Below are positions 25,536-37,905 of a stretch of 64,000 nucleotides of DNA, one piece after another. How positions within the stretch are numbered: the stretch's first letter is position 1; every line of letters begins with the position of its first letter. The notes below the pieces were generated by a model. It saw only the letters and a program-made list of their open reading frames with translations. It did no database searches and was not told where the DNA came from. The stretch comes from Nymphaea colorata. Lineage: Eukaryota. The position numbers and the translations under genes are program-made. The DNA lies in the NCBI RefSeq assembly GCF_008831285.2, contig NC_045138.2:39494001-39558000 (forward strand), given 5' to 3'.

Positions 25536-28500
25536 GGTATCCGCCAGATAGAAAGACAGTGGGGACCAAGAAGAAGGTTCACCACCTTGTCAAGGTTCTG
25601 CTCATTTCTTGAAGACGCCAAACAGGAGTCTCAGAACTTCGAGAACGAAGAAAAGAATGAGAGAGAACGACAGAACGAGGAAGAAAGGAAACTACCGGAC
25701 ACCGAAATCAAGACAGGAGGCGGAGGCGCGCTATGATTGTTGTGATGAGTGGCAGCAGGGAAGAAGAAGAAGGAAGGGGAGGAGGAGGGGGCGGGGAATT
25801 GTGCAATTTCGAAGGAATTTCTAGGGACCCTCTTCCTAGAAAGCAAAAGAGAAAAGAAGTGAGGATTTCCAATGACTTGCGGAAAAGAGAGGGAGGAAGA
25901 GGGGAGACTGTGGAACGGGGAACAAGCAAAAGTCATCGTTCATCATGACGCGTTCAGGAAGAGCGAGAGAGAGAGAGACGCCAGAGTCCTTTTTCACCAG
26001 TCCCTCTAATCTACTCGGTAATTAATTGATTGACGTAGTCTTATCATCACGATCATTTGCAGAATGGGATTTTTATGTTTTTCAGTAATAAGTACAATTT
26101 GATTCATTAGCCAAAAGCACCAAAACCGGGGATTTTAAATTGCAATATCAGCCATTCTAGTTTTTCAGTGAAGATCCTCTCGACTTTAACAAAGTTCTTT
26201 CTCATAAGGAAAGCGACATTAAAATCTGGTGAATTGTTGGAAAACTTGATCCCTTTGAACTAATCTGCTCTTGAACAATTCAATTAGAATACGTAAACAT
26301 GTTTTTGACCCACTAACCAGCCCCACGCGTAGTTGGGATGTTAATTATAAAAACGCTCTGATCGTATCTGCTTTGACTAAATACAGTAGAGCAAAAGATG
26401 CATATTTTTTCTATGTGCACAGTTGGGGAGATTATTTTATCATTACTTAATCAATTTAAGCGACGGACAGGGTCCAAACTAATCAAAATACAGCATTGGC
26501 CCTTGCTGCACTTGTGAAAACTAGTCTCTCTTCAAACTAAACTGCCCTTCCCGATTCATCCAGATTAAGCTTGACTGTAATCATCTTAAGATGGATAAGA
26601 AAGACTTGAATGCTGAATTTAAGATTAAGCAGCATGCAAGGCATATGGGGGGCGTTTCCTTTCTCCCTAAAAAGAGAAAGAAACTAAAGGCAAACATTGG
26701 ATGCTTCCTATTTATTTCTTTACTCAAAAACAGGAAAAACAAAGTACCATACCTCAAAAGAAATTCAAATCCGTCAATCGAACACTGATCCCCACAACCA
26801 ATTCGAAGGCATTTCTTTTACCACCTTCTTGAGTTCTGTCAAAAGGATATGCTACTCCCCACTTTCGCTTTTCAAAGGCATCATGGCGCGCGTTTGCCAA
26901 TCATGTGAAAAGCTCACCAAATTCCCAAAAACCTCATCGATGGCACTCAAGAATCCCTCACGAGTTCACGATCTCGGCGACGAATCATGAACCCATGAAT
27001 GCAACCGAAAGCGATTGCTCTTCTTTCTCTTCGTCTCTCCCATTCTTTTCCAAAAGACAGGTTTTGTGCGGTTGCTAGCATGGAAAAGAGCGTGAAACAA
27101 TTTGCTTTCGATGCTTTCTCGCTCTACACCACACCAAAGGCATGTTTTGTCAGGAGGAGGAGGGAGGGGCAGTCTTCCGAATTTCCAAAAGTTCGAAAGC
27201 GGGAAAAGGAAAAGGGAAAAGCAGAGAAGCACAGTGCAACTTCCGTCTTTTTGAAAAGATCGGCGATTTTTTTCCCCTCTTTTTTTAGTTTCCCGGTAAA
27301 GAGAAAAGCCCGGTCTTGTCCGTCTGAGTGCTGGGCCCCGCCACGGTCTGGGCCGAAGGCTAGGGAGGGAAGAGCGGGTCCCACTTTCTCTGCCGGGGCT
27401 TCTGACTGTCAGACGCATCGCCCCTCGGTGGTCCCCACGCTCCCTCTGAAGTGGGGTCCACCTTCGCGAATGCTTCCGTTTTGTTCTTTTCTTTTTTCTA
27501 ATTTCTTCCGCTTTAATCAGCGGCGGAACAGCGGGGAAAGAAGGCGGTCAGACGGAGCACGATTCCGGGAGGGGATCGTACGGCTGTGCAGATGCCGTGC
27601 TCGAAACTCGCGCTCCGGTGACCGTCGATTGCGGTCAATTACATCTCGTCCTTACAACGTAAATTATCTTTAATTTAACGTGATCGAGGGTTTACTTGCT
27701 CTCTTAAAATCTAATTTAAGTTTCGTATCTAAGATAAATTATCTCCAGAAAAAGTTCAACCACATCGAGCAGACGTAAGCCCACGGATGCCTACCTTACC
27801 TATATGCTTATAATGTCCTTTATCGGTAAGCAATGGCGGTTTTGTTTTAAGGGCACTTTCACCATGTCACTAAGAAAAATGTTTGACTGCTTTTTGGGTG
27901 AATGTTATCCGTAGATTGCTTCTTCCTTTTCTTTAAGAGATGAAATGCTAAAATCGTTCTTTTGCTTTCTTCTTTTAAGGCAATCTAGGTGTAGAGATCA
28001 TGCGACAGAAGATTCTCACTCACAGTTGAACCTTGAGGAAGAAGAGATATAAAGGAAGTTGTCAAATGTTGAGTTGTCGGTGTCTAATCTTGTTGCTCTA
28101 CATGTTCTCTAAACAATGATAAAAGTTACGTATACTTATTTTTTAGCGTTTGAACAACATTTTGATTAATAACTTTATACATAAAGTTATTTTTCTAAAC
28201 TTAAAAGTATCAAGTACTTCCAATTAAGTCAGATGAAACAAATGTAGCGTCCACTTCGCTTAGGCCAATTCAAAGTCCTTCTCATGCTTGCATGGGCAGC
28301 ATACTACGTTATAATAATAGGTTTAGCAGCTTCTGGGCGTCACGAAGTGAAAAAAGTTGGCAAGTTTTGGCAGAGATCATGTTTGATAATGCGATGAGGA
28401 GATATTTTTTGATGGTGGGAATCAAACAGGAGCCTTCTCGGAAGCAGCAATTGAAGAACGTCAGTCAGTGTACCTCCCTGACCGCTCGCTCGCCGGCGCC

Positions 28501-31500
28501 AATTAAATTTTTCTCAGGCCGACAATCAGGTCCGTTCCTACTGTTTGACAAAAATGATGAGCAATTAAAGAATACGTGACGAAGCCAAGATGCGGATATG
28601 GAGCGTGTTTGAGAGGTGAAGGATGTGCTGAGCTACCCCCTGGAAGGCGACTTCGCCGGAAATGGCGGACAAATCTGATGACGGCAGAGAAAAGTAAGCG
28701 TCGCAAACAACAAGAGCTATTTTGAGATATCTTTAATCTCATTCACCTAGAAGAATAATTGATTTTTCTTCCACTCTAAGGTGTGTTTGAAAGTTTGCGA
28801 ACTGAGTGCTTGGGACACCTTGTCTAGGACGCCCTATTCGTCTTCATATCCTAAAATTTATTGTTGTACTAAAGACTGCCATGGAAATAAAGGTAGAAAA
28901 AATCAAAAGGAGAGTACGACAGATACGCCCAACAGTAGCACATTTAATTTTTAAGTTGTACTTCCGAGGAGCATCTCAAAATGACTCCATCCACCTCCAC
29001 CAATGTGTTCTTCAGGCATTCATGGCGGACGCTGAGAAGCTGAATGTGGAACATCCATAAACATTGTTTCCTGGTAGTCGACACTTTGTCACAGCGTTCC
29101 ATTGGATCCGATCAATTTGCATATCCAAGTCCCCTCACATGTTCCTCTTTAACTTTTCAGTAACTCTCGAGTCACTGACTCAGCTAAATCAGTTGTTAAT
29201 CTGCCAAAATTATTGCAAACAATGTTCAAAAAATTGAAGAAGAATGTTTGAAAAATAATTACATGTAACAAAATTATAAAAACTAAGTTATATATATATA
29301 TATATATATATTCTCTGTAACTGAGATTTCTGGCTCTGTCAGTGGGGTGCAGTTGCTGCACAGATTCGTGACGTTTAGTAAAATATTAGATGAACAATGT
29401 TACTGAACTGATTATCCAACTGGTATTTTTTTTTCATAAGGATAAAGACAGCAAAGTTTATTGAAGAGGAAAGGATCTACTGTTTGCCAACAGGAATCGT
29501 TTGCTTCTGTAAATCCACGCAGAAACTTAATAGGGAAAATGCACTAAAGTAGATTGTTAAGGAATTGAACTTGCACCATTTTCTTGGGAAAACCAATCCC
29601 TTGGGCAGACTCGCAGAGTTCATATCATTTCACAAGAAAGGGCATTCCCATGCCTCGAAGGCCGAACCCTTGGGTATTGACTTCGTTAGGCCTGAAGTAA
29701 TGAGAAAACATTTTCCTAGGATTGGATTTTGACAGGGATGTCAATTGATTGACGAAATAGATTTTTAAAAAATCGGATATTGTAAAAAAATTTATCATCT
29801 GATTCAGCTTTATATTTAAAAGTTAAATTCATATTTGATTGTGAACGTAGAAGTCGTATTTGGATCGGATTCAGATTTTGAATTTCAAATTCAGACTATG
29901 GTATAGACGTTTCGTCATTAGCATTTGAACCATAGTAATATGTGAACTTCCAATGCCCTAATAATGCTGACCAACCTAGATGCTGATGTTGGCCAATGAA
30001 ATGGCTTTTCTTGAACCCTAAGTTATACTTATCTTGTTATGACGTTTACGTTGAATTTTATAAATAAATCCTAACAACTGAAGTACCGAGTGTATTTTCC
30101 TTGGCTTAAATTTTTTATCGTTAAACATTGCGTAAAAAAAGGGACAATCTGAATTCTGTTCACAATCTTATCTCCCTACCTAATCGACAAGTATGTTATT
30201 TCCCGTTGCTTACTTTGACAAAAAAAGGTGAAGAGAAGCTTATCATATAAAACAGAGGACGCTAGTAGCCATACGTTTGGGGCACGCCGTGTTTGCTGGG
30301 AACAAGTGCATCGCATCATGAGGCCGTAGGAAATTGGTGTTTTGCCCACCGGAAGGGGAACATCTGATGTTAGAAAGGGGCCGAATACATGTCCGGCCTC
30401 GAACACATGAGCTCCTACCTTCTGCGGCAGTTTCATATGAAATCCCTTTCTTCTAGAAGACGTTGATTGGCGTCAATTGTAAGCAAGATAAAACAAAGAT
30501 CCTGAGAAAGGATTTTGATGTTTAAATTTGGATTTTCCCCATTAAAGCTCTCTCACATAAAAGCTGAGTCGCTGAGGTCCACATTTTTTTTCTTCAATGT
30601 GCTGATCAACTCAACCTGGAAATACAGTCGTTTTCCTGTCAAATTTTCTATTTCGATCACAACATGTATACAGCAAACTAGTCCTACTAGGTGAAGTCAG
30701 CAACTGCATGAGGTTCTAGGTAATAATTGTAACATAAATTTGTTTGGTTTCTTGAGACCAACTTCAACCCTCTATGTATAACGAGCTTTAGAAGCAAAAG
30801 GCAATATTGTCTACGCCTATTTCGGCTGAATTTTTTTGGCGGATGGACAGATGCATTTCAACCCATATGGGGAACTTTATGTATACACTTGTATTAGAAA
30901 ATAATTAACAGCCTGAATTGGCATATTTGAATTGCTATGATACTATAGCCAATAGCCAATTCAAGAGTGCCACAACACGTATTGCTTTTGGTTTTCTAAA
31001 AATAATTAAAAACTTTCTAGTTAATCATTTTATACCTTTTCTATTTGTTCAAAAAAAAAAAAATTGTAGATTAACAACAACTTATGTTGAATCACTGAAT
31101 TGGATAAAGGACTGTTAAGCTCGGAACCAATGTTTGTAAGAAACGCTCGATATCAGAACGTATCATTCCCTTTGGAATACGATACAGGGCATGTTTATAT
31201 ATTTTATATTTTTCCAAAATTAATTTAGAATATATTACATTCACTTTTAAAATTTAAAAATAATTGAAAACTAGGGCAATACTGGCCGACACATATGCAT
31301 CAACCCGATAAAAAAATACCTATGAGCAAACCATACCGTCCAGATGTTATTTACAACGCTGCTCACGATAAAATTATGCCGGATTCTGAGTGCAGTTGGC
31401 AGCCGCGGAAAGACCCTTGATCTCAGCTGGCCAGACTTTAATTTCCGATTAGTTATATTGAAAGGTCATGAATAGCTCGCTCCAAGCCCAAACCTGTATA

Positions 31501-31728
31501 TGTATTAGTCAAAAAATAGTAAGTCAAGGGCTTTGCCCCTCTTTCTGTAAGGGTTTAAATGTCGGTTTTCCTTCTACATTGGGGAAAAGGGGGAAAAGAA
31601 AAAGCTTCCGTATTTTCTTTTTACAGAGACTGAAGCAGGAGATAAGCAGAGAAAATGACAAGCCAAAATAGTAGAACAGAAGAAGTATAAAGCAAAAGAC
31701 AATGCCCAAAGGTGTAGCAGAAGCTCAC

Positions 31729-34700
31729 TCAGGATGATGGGCAAAATAAGGGATCTTCCCGCTTCTGATATATCTCAAACAACTGCTTGGAGTAACGCAT
31801 AGCCAGTTCTCGGCAGTACTCAACCCCCTCAGGCTTGTGCCTCTCCAATTCTTTTGCAGACTTCTTCAGTGGACCAAATGGATCGCCGTCAGTCAGAAAT
31901 TCTGCTAGTTCAGATCCCCTGATAAAAGATCCCACAGTAAGAAGGTAGACCAACAAGACAAATTATTACAACTAAATGAGAAAATTTCCATCATATTTAC
32001 AGGGAAGAATAATATGGGTGAAGGAAGAGATTGGTTCAAGTTCCATGAAAAACCAAAAACATTTCCAATAGCGATTAGTAGAACTAATTCAAGAGAAATG
32101 GAATTGACATTACAAAAGAGAAGTGGCTAAAGGGTCTAACGAGTCGATGACCAAGAAAAGGCTTGGACGGATCAATAAACAAGAGAAGGAAGAGTACGTT
32201 ATGAAAGAATGAAGAAGAAAAGAAATGGATAAATGGGATGTTCTCCAATATCTTTCTTAAAAGCCAAGAACATCAATAGTTTTCAAACGTTCAACAACTA
32301 AACTAGCTTCCACTTAACGAAGAGGTTGCAGAAATACAAGACTGAAGTTGTAGCAAATTTGCAATCAAAATGCTGGACTAGCATTTAATTAACAATAGTC
32401 AATCTTGAGCAATAATTAAAAACACGACTCAAGGAGAGCGAAGAGAAAAGATATAGAACATATTGTTCCAACACATGAAGTCATTTGCTTCACATTTCTG
32501 TAAAAACTCAAGTTCCTGATTTTGTAACATGAAAAGAGAACTAGCAGAAAAGATATACAAGATATTGTTCATGAATTCTTTTGCTTCATACTTCCGTGAA
32601 AACTCAAATTCCTGAGTCTGTAACATGAAAATAGAGCAAACAGAAAAGACATACAAGATACTGCCCGAACACATCAACATTTTAACTTAAAACTAGAGAT
32701 CCTGATTTCGTTATAACTTCAACAGTATTGATTTCTTGTTCTGGTTCATATGAAAAAAATACATAGATGCTGCCTGAATTTTTTCAACCAAATGAACAAA
32801 ATGAGCACAAAATTTTCATGACAGTAAGTCCAAAAGACATATGCACATTGGCTACCAAAAGAGAAAAACACATTGCTCTGTACCCACATGGAAATATATG
32901 GATAACATAATAGTAATTCTTCAGTAGCATTTCACGACCACATCTGCTTGTTCTGCCTGTTTTAGAGAAAACCACAGCACAGAGACACCACTCGGATCTA
33001 AGGGATAACAATAACAACAGAACACCACGCAGAATAATTTCACAAATCTGTACTCGCAAGTCCCCAAGTAAATAAGCCTGTGCATGGGTGTCATAGTCCT
33101 TAATTCTTGCTGGGAATGTCCCTCAACAAACAACATATGATTATAGGAAAGCACGCTGCTCCATGATAGGGAGACAGAGGATGCAGTCATACTGTGTCTT
33201 GTCTCCATAGAATTTAGCATCGTACTCTTCGAACCCTTGTGCATCCCATTGTGATCACTTCAAAATACTTGATTATTTGGGAAGCAGAAAACAAAATAGC
33301 AAGCAACGTGCACAACCTTTTTAGGAAGTCGCATTTTGGATCAAGTAAAACACTAATAAGATGGAGTAAATAAAGAATAAAAAATAAAGAACACAATGCA
33401 AGAAATGATAAGCCCCATCAAAAGTAAAATGAAAAGGATTTGGGATTTCCTGTGACTAGGAAATGGTTTCATGTTTGGCAATTGGGTTTCCTGATGACTT
33501 CCACATCCTAATACCTAGGAAGAGGAATTCCTACTTAGTCCAAGTGATTCTGGAGAACATGATGTGCGGTTTGCATGAATAGAATAAAAGCTCTAAGATG
33601 ACATTCATCTGTTGGTAGTGATTGTTATCTATGCTTTATGCAGTGACAGCAGCTTGTTACCTCCCAGAATGCGTAAAATTGATTGTCGAGTATAGGCCTG
33701 CTTTTAGGGGATATAACTATTTGAAGAGTCTAGAGTATTTCTTAGGGCATATAACTGTTTGAAAACCTAGACCTGTTTTTTAGGGCATATAACTGTTTGA
33801 AGCAATGCACCGTGAAGTGTGTAAATGTATTTTGACCTTTAAAGCACAAATTGATCCATCAAACACCTTGTAACAACTTTAACCTTTCCCAACGAACATG
33901 AAGGGATAACACAGTTTTCTCAGGCAGATAACTGTTTGAAGAAATGCTGCCTACAGATGCCTCTCACACTTAGGCACATATTTATACAGGTAGCTTCTTG
34001 TATGTACTTTAGCCGTTCCCTGCTAATATCAGACCAGATGAAAAAGTTGGGTCCTTAACAGACATCACCTAGAGAGATCAAATTTTAAGCAAGTCTTGAC
34101 AAATGAACCAATTAGCACCTCATTTTCTGAAAAAGAACCTAATGCACTGCAATAATCCTAAGAGGCTAAAGCAAAGGTTTCTCTGGTCCACGTGCTGGAC
34201 AGATGCATACGTAATGCATCAAAATCCTGCCCTTCAAGTTTCATATTTCCATGTGAATTTCTTAAACTGAAAACTATGGCAAATACCATCTCACAAACCT
34301 ATATCCAGGTCAAGGTTTAGTAAAACAGGTTCTAAAGTGTAATTTGTAATCCATACCTCAATGCATCAAACTTATTAAATCCCCGGCGGTTGTGATATAG
34401 TGAAGCCTTGCCTGCTTTCTCTTCAGACGTTTGCTGCCTATAAAGAGCACAAACAGCCTTCATGCAAAGCTCATCATCCCTCTGAAATGAAGCAAGCATA
34501 TCAGCCTCAAATTCCCAATTTTCTGAACCTTTCTTCTTCTGGATTCTCCCTAAGATGTGGGTGAGTGAGTCCTGAGAAATGGAACCATCATCAGCTCCAC
34601 AAGCTGATGAATCTGAAGAACTAGACTCAGCTTCTGATTCACCAGCCCCGTTTACGATAAATCCACCCAGACTTTCGCTTTCACTGCTCTCGATGGCATG

Positions 34701-36455
34701 GTTTTCATTGTGTAGATTTTCAGGAATAAATTCACCAGCAGCTCTAGATAATGTGCTCTTCACATCGTTGGCGTCACCTTCATCTGCAGGAACAACTGAA
34801 GAGATCTCTCTTGTGTCCCTCATTTTCTCTAGTTCTCGTAATAGATGAATGCGCTTTCTTGTAGGAGTCACTGGGCTTTTAAAAGTACTGATCTCTTCAC
34901 TGCATCCAGCAGTATCAACCTCCATCAACAAAAGACTGGTCTGAACAGAATCTTCGTTTTGAGGAGTGTCAACTAGCCGCTGGCCATCAACAAGAGCTGC
35001 AGGATCAGCATTCAATTTACCATGCTCATTGCCTGCAAGCAGATCCACCAATAGCTTCTTTGTTCTACGCGTAGAGTTCCGGTTGTCTTCGTCCTCATCA
35101 CTCTCGCCGTCACTTATAACCTTAGAAAGACGCCTTCTCTTGGGTGACAGAATACGGTCGTCCTCTTCACCCGGGCCCACATTTTTTTTCACTTCAATAC
35201 TGTAATTTTTGTCATTTGAACTCATCTTTGAGGTTGTTTCTGTCAGACTGGAAGAAGTTAGTTGCGAAGTCTGCACCAAGTCACCTAGGCCACAAGTCTT
35301 TGCCGCACGACCTGTTACGCGACGGGTACCTTCACCATTATCATCCACAGCTACCACTTCAGAGAGCAGCTTTATCTTAGGAGACAGAATACGACGCTCA
35401 GTACTTGAGCTAATATTGCTATGCGAAGCAACTACTCTTGTTTCACTCGTTGGAATTTTCAAGCTCGAGTTTGGCGTTTTTTCTGTCAAATTGGTAGGAG
35501 GTCCCTGAAGGAGAGACTTCACCATATTATCGGAAGAAATATTCAGAGTACCACTCTTTCTACTGGCGCTTGTAAGCAGTGGTGCGGGTGAGGCATCCAC
35601 TTCTTCGTCACTGTCACTTATATCTATGACAAGTTTGTGTGGCCCTCCTGCCACAGTAGAGTGCTTCTTGTCAATTATTAGACGGTCTATAGGGGTTTCT
35701 GCCTTGGGGACAAGGTTTGGTGCACAAGGTTGACGGTTGCTTGATCTGTCGATCTTGGCGGCAGGGCTTAGGAGGGGAGGCTGCTGATTCGTGCTGTCAA
35801 CCTCGTCAAACTTCAATTCAGCTTCCCTATAATGTTTGCTCGGCTCTCTTTTCTTCCCGAGCTCCTCTAACAACCCCTTAATCTGTTCCTTCATCTTCTC
35901 CACCTCCCCATGAACCACTGGAAAATCTTCCTCCAACTTGTTGCATTTCCTCTTCCAATCCTCCAGCTCCTCCTCGACCATCCGCTTCTCGCCGTCCAAC
36001 TCGGCAAACGCCCTTTCAAGTTCCCCAAATCGGACCGCCGCTTCTTCCTCCTTCTTCATCAACGTGTCGATTTCTATCCGCGCCTTCCACTCCTCTTCCC
36101 TCAGAAAGGTGCACTCCAACTCCCACTTCCCACACTCATCCTCCAACTCCCTGTTCCTCACAAAAAGACTCTGCAATTCCCGCTCGCGCTCCTTCTCCCG
36201 TCTCGCTGCCTCTTCGTTCTTTTCCTCAAGTTCCCTAATCCGCTCATCCTTCAACTTCGATTCCTCCGCAACCTTCCGTAGCTCTGCCTTCAGGGATGCT
36301 TCCTTCTTCCCCGAATCTTCCTCTCTCATCTTCAGTATATTCGCGGCCTTCTCGAAATCCGTCCTCAGGAAAGACCCCTTCAGGTAAGAAACCAACTCCC
36401 CCGCGCTGCAATTCGCCTCCGGGAAACCCTTAGTGTCGACGAACTCATCATCCAT
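31729..36455 (-). CDS. Uncharacterised plant protein: N-terminal coiled coil, disordered middle, conserved C-terminal helical domain; ~762 aa, 2 coding exons
   Basis: Exons 36455-34357 and 31918-31729 join in phase 2 (..KFDALR|GSELAEFLTDGDP..), 2289 nt in frame. C-terminal WEFEADMLASF..DELCMKAVCALYRQQT..GFNKFD..YSKQLFEIYQKREDPLF recalls an Arabidopsis At5g53220-like family (recall only). Confidence 0.85.
32445..32675. repeat. Degenerate ~96-bp tandem repeat in intron
   Basis: ttgcttca..aaaactcaa.ttcctga..tgtaacatgaaaa.aga..cagaaaaga.atacaagata occurs about twice. Confidence 0.7.
33705..33940. repeat. 38-bp-period minisatellite (21-bp core TAGGG(C/G)ATATAACT(G/A)TTTGAA x3) plus a detached fourth core
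   Basis: Cores at 33705, 33743, 33781; degenerate core at 33921. Confidence 0.8.
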
Positions 36456-37669
36456 TCACTAAATTCACAACCTAGTAAACATAATTCACGCGACGGTTCT
36501 ACTTCACACATCAAAAAGGAAACGCGGAAAAAGGAACCCTAACTCACAGCGCTGCACAGGACCAAGAAACCCATCCACCAGGAAACCTGACAAAGATCAT
36601 CCCAGATGACCGACTGCACCTCCAGCGTCGAGCAGAAAGACAATCCACTGACAATTGTACGGAACTCGTCGGAATCCTCTCTATCCGTCCCTTTCTTCCT
36701 CTACCCTCCATCGACTCTGGACACCGAAAATGGAGAACACGCGGGAACGGCACAAAAGATGATGCCGAAGGAAGAAAGGCAGCAAGCTCGCGAGACGGAA
36801 GGTATACCGACGAACCGAGGTTGATCCTCATCTGGATTTTTCCGAATGCCATGCTTATTTGTAGGAAATTGACATGTACGTACCTCCATCATATTGTGAT
36901 TTTTTCAAAGGGCAAGCCGAATATATTTATATTTTTTTAAAACATTTGCTCTCTTTATATCATTTAATATTGTAACTGTAGCACGGACATCAATCTCGTT
37001 TTAGTCAAATACGTCATTTGAAAATATGTGTATGCCGTTCTTACTCATGTTGCTCTTCTTTGTTTCCAAAGAACTTTTTGTTGGTAAATCTGAATTTTGG
37101 AAATTATTTCGAAATGCTTAAGTAAGAAACTGGAATGATATTGACAGAAAGGTAAAGTTGAATTTCTTAATGATCCATAAGATGAAATGAGTAGAGAAAA
37201 GAAAATCCCTTTCCTTTCTAAGAAAGTTTGCTGAAAAACTTCAAAACTTAATCTCACAAGATTTATTTTTTCCAACGACTTCTAAAGAGGAATTACACGT
37301 TGATTGGCCACAATTTTGCTTTGTGTACTTTTTTTTGTCATGTTTAAGAACATACCTTATGCAAATCCGGGCAAGGCCGACTTGCTTATTGATTCATGTG
37401 AAATTTATCGAGGTCGAACTTTACGCTCTGAAGGCGCCCAAGATCCAGATATGTCAAAAACTGGCTCGCTTTTTCTATTAGTTCAGAAACCCCTTTTTTT
37501 CATCGTAATCGATGATCCCACTGTCCGCAGAGATCCGTCGCCGACCGCCGTCTGGCGGCGCCCCTCGGAAACAATGTTGCCCACTTGCCTTTTGCCCCCT
37601 CTCCAAGTCTGTCTTTGACATTCTCTCGACCACCACCGTCACCCACCTCGGCACCTACCCTCCCCGCAT

Positions 37670-37703
37670 CTATATAAGCAACAAGAAACTGACTAAACCC
37701 TAG
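37670..37703 (+). promoter_or_regulatory. TATA box and telo-box upstream of the CX9C gene
   Basis: CTATATAAG at ~37670; AAACCCTAG at ~37695. Confidence 0.5.
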
Positions 37704-37905
37704 TCCCTTTACTTTCATTCACCTATAGTTCTCAATCTTCCAGTATTTCTAATATCGACGCCAAGCATTCTGTCTAATCTCCAGTAAGTTCGATCACCTT
37801 TGCTAGAATGTCCGTCTTCTGCTTGGTTGTCCAGATTTGAATCACAATCTTAGTTCGTTTCTTGTTTCTATTCCCATTTCTTCTAGTTTGTTTCTCAAAA
37901 GGAAT

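Noticed and set aside
26999..27673. 224-aa ORF and overlapping minus-strand ORFs
   Set aside because: Low-complexity R/S/P/F translation expected from a GC island; no domain or splice structure.
33140..33270. Coding-looking minus-strand stretch in intron (QWDAQGFEEYDAKFYGDKTQYDCIL)
   Set aside because: Flanking exons already join in frame, splice sites are poor and no homology was recognised.
33705..33940. Repeat-spacer pattern resembling a CRISPR array
   Set aside because: Eukaryotic intron, only three regular units, 17-bp mutually similar linkers, no cas genes.
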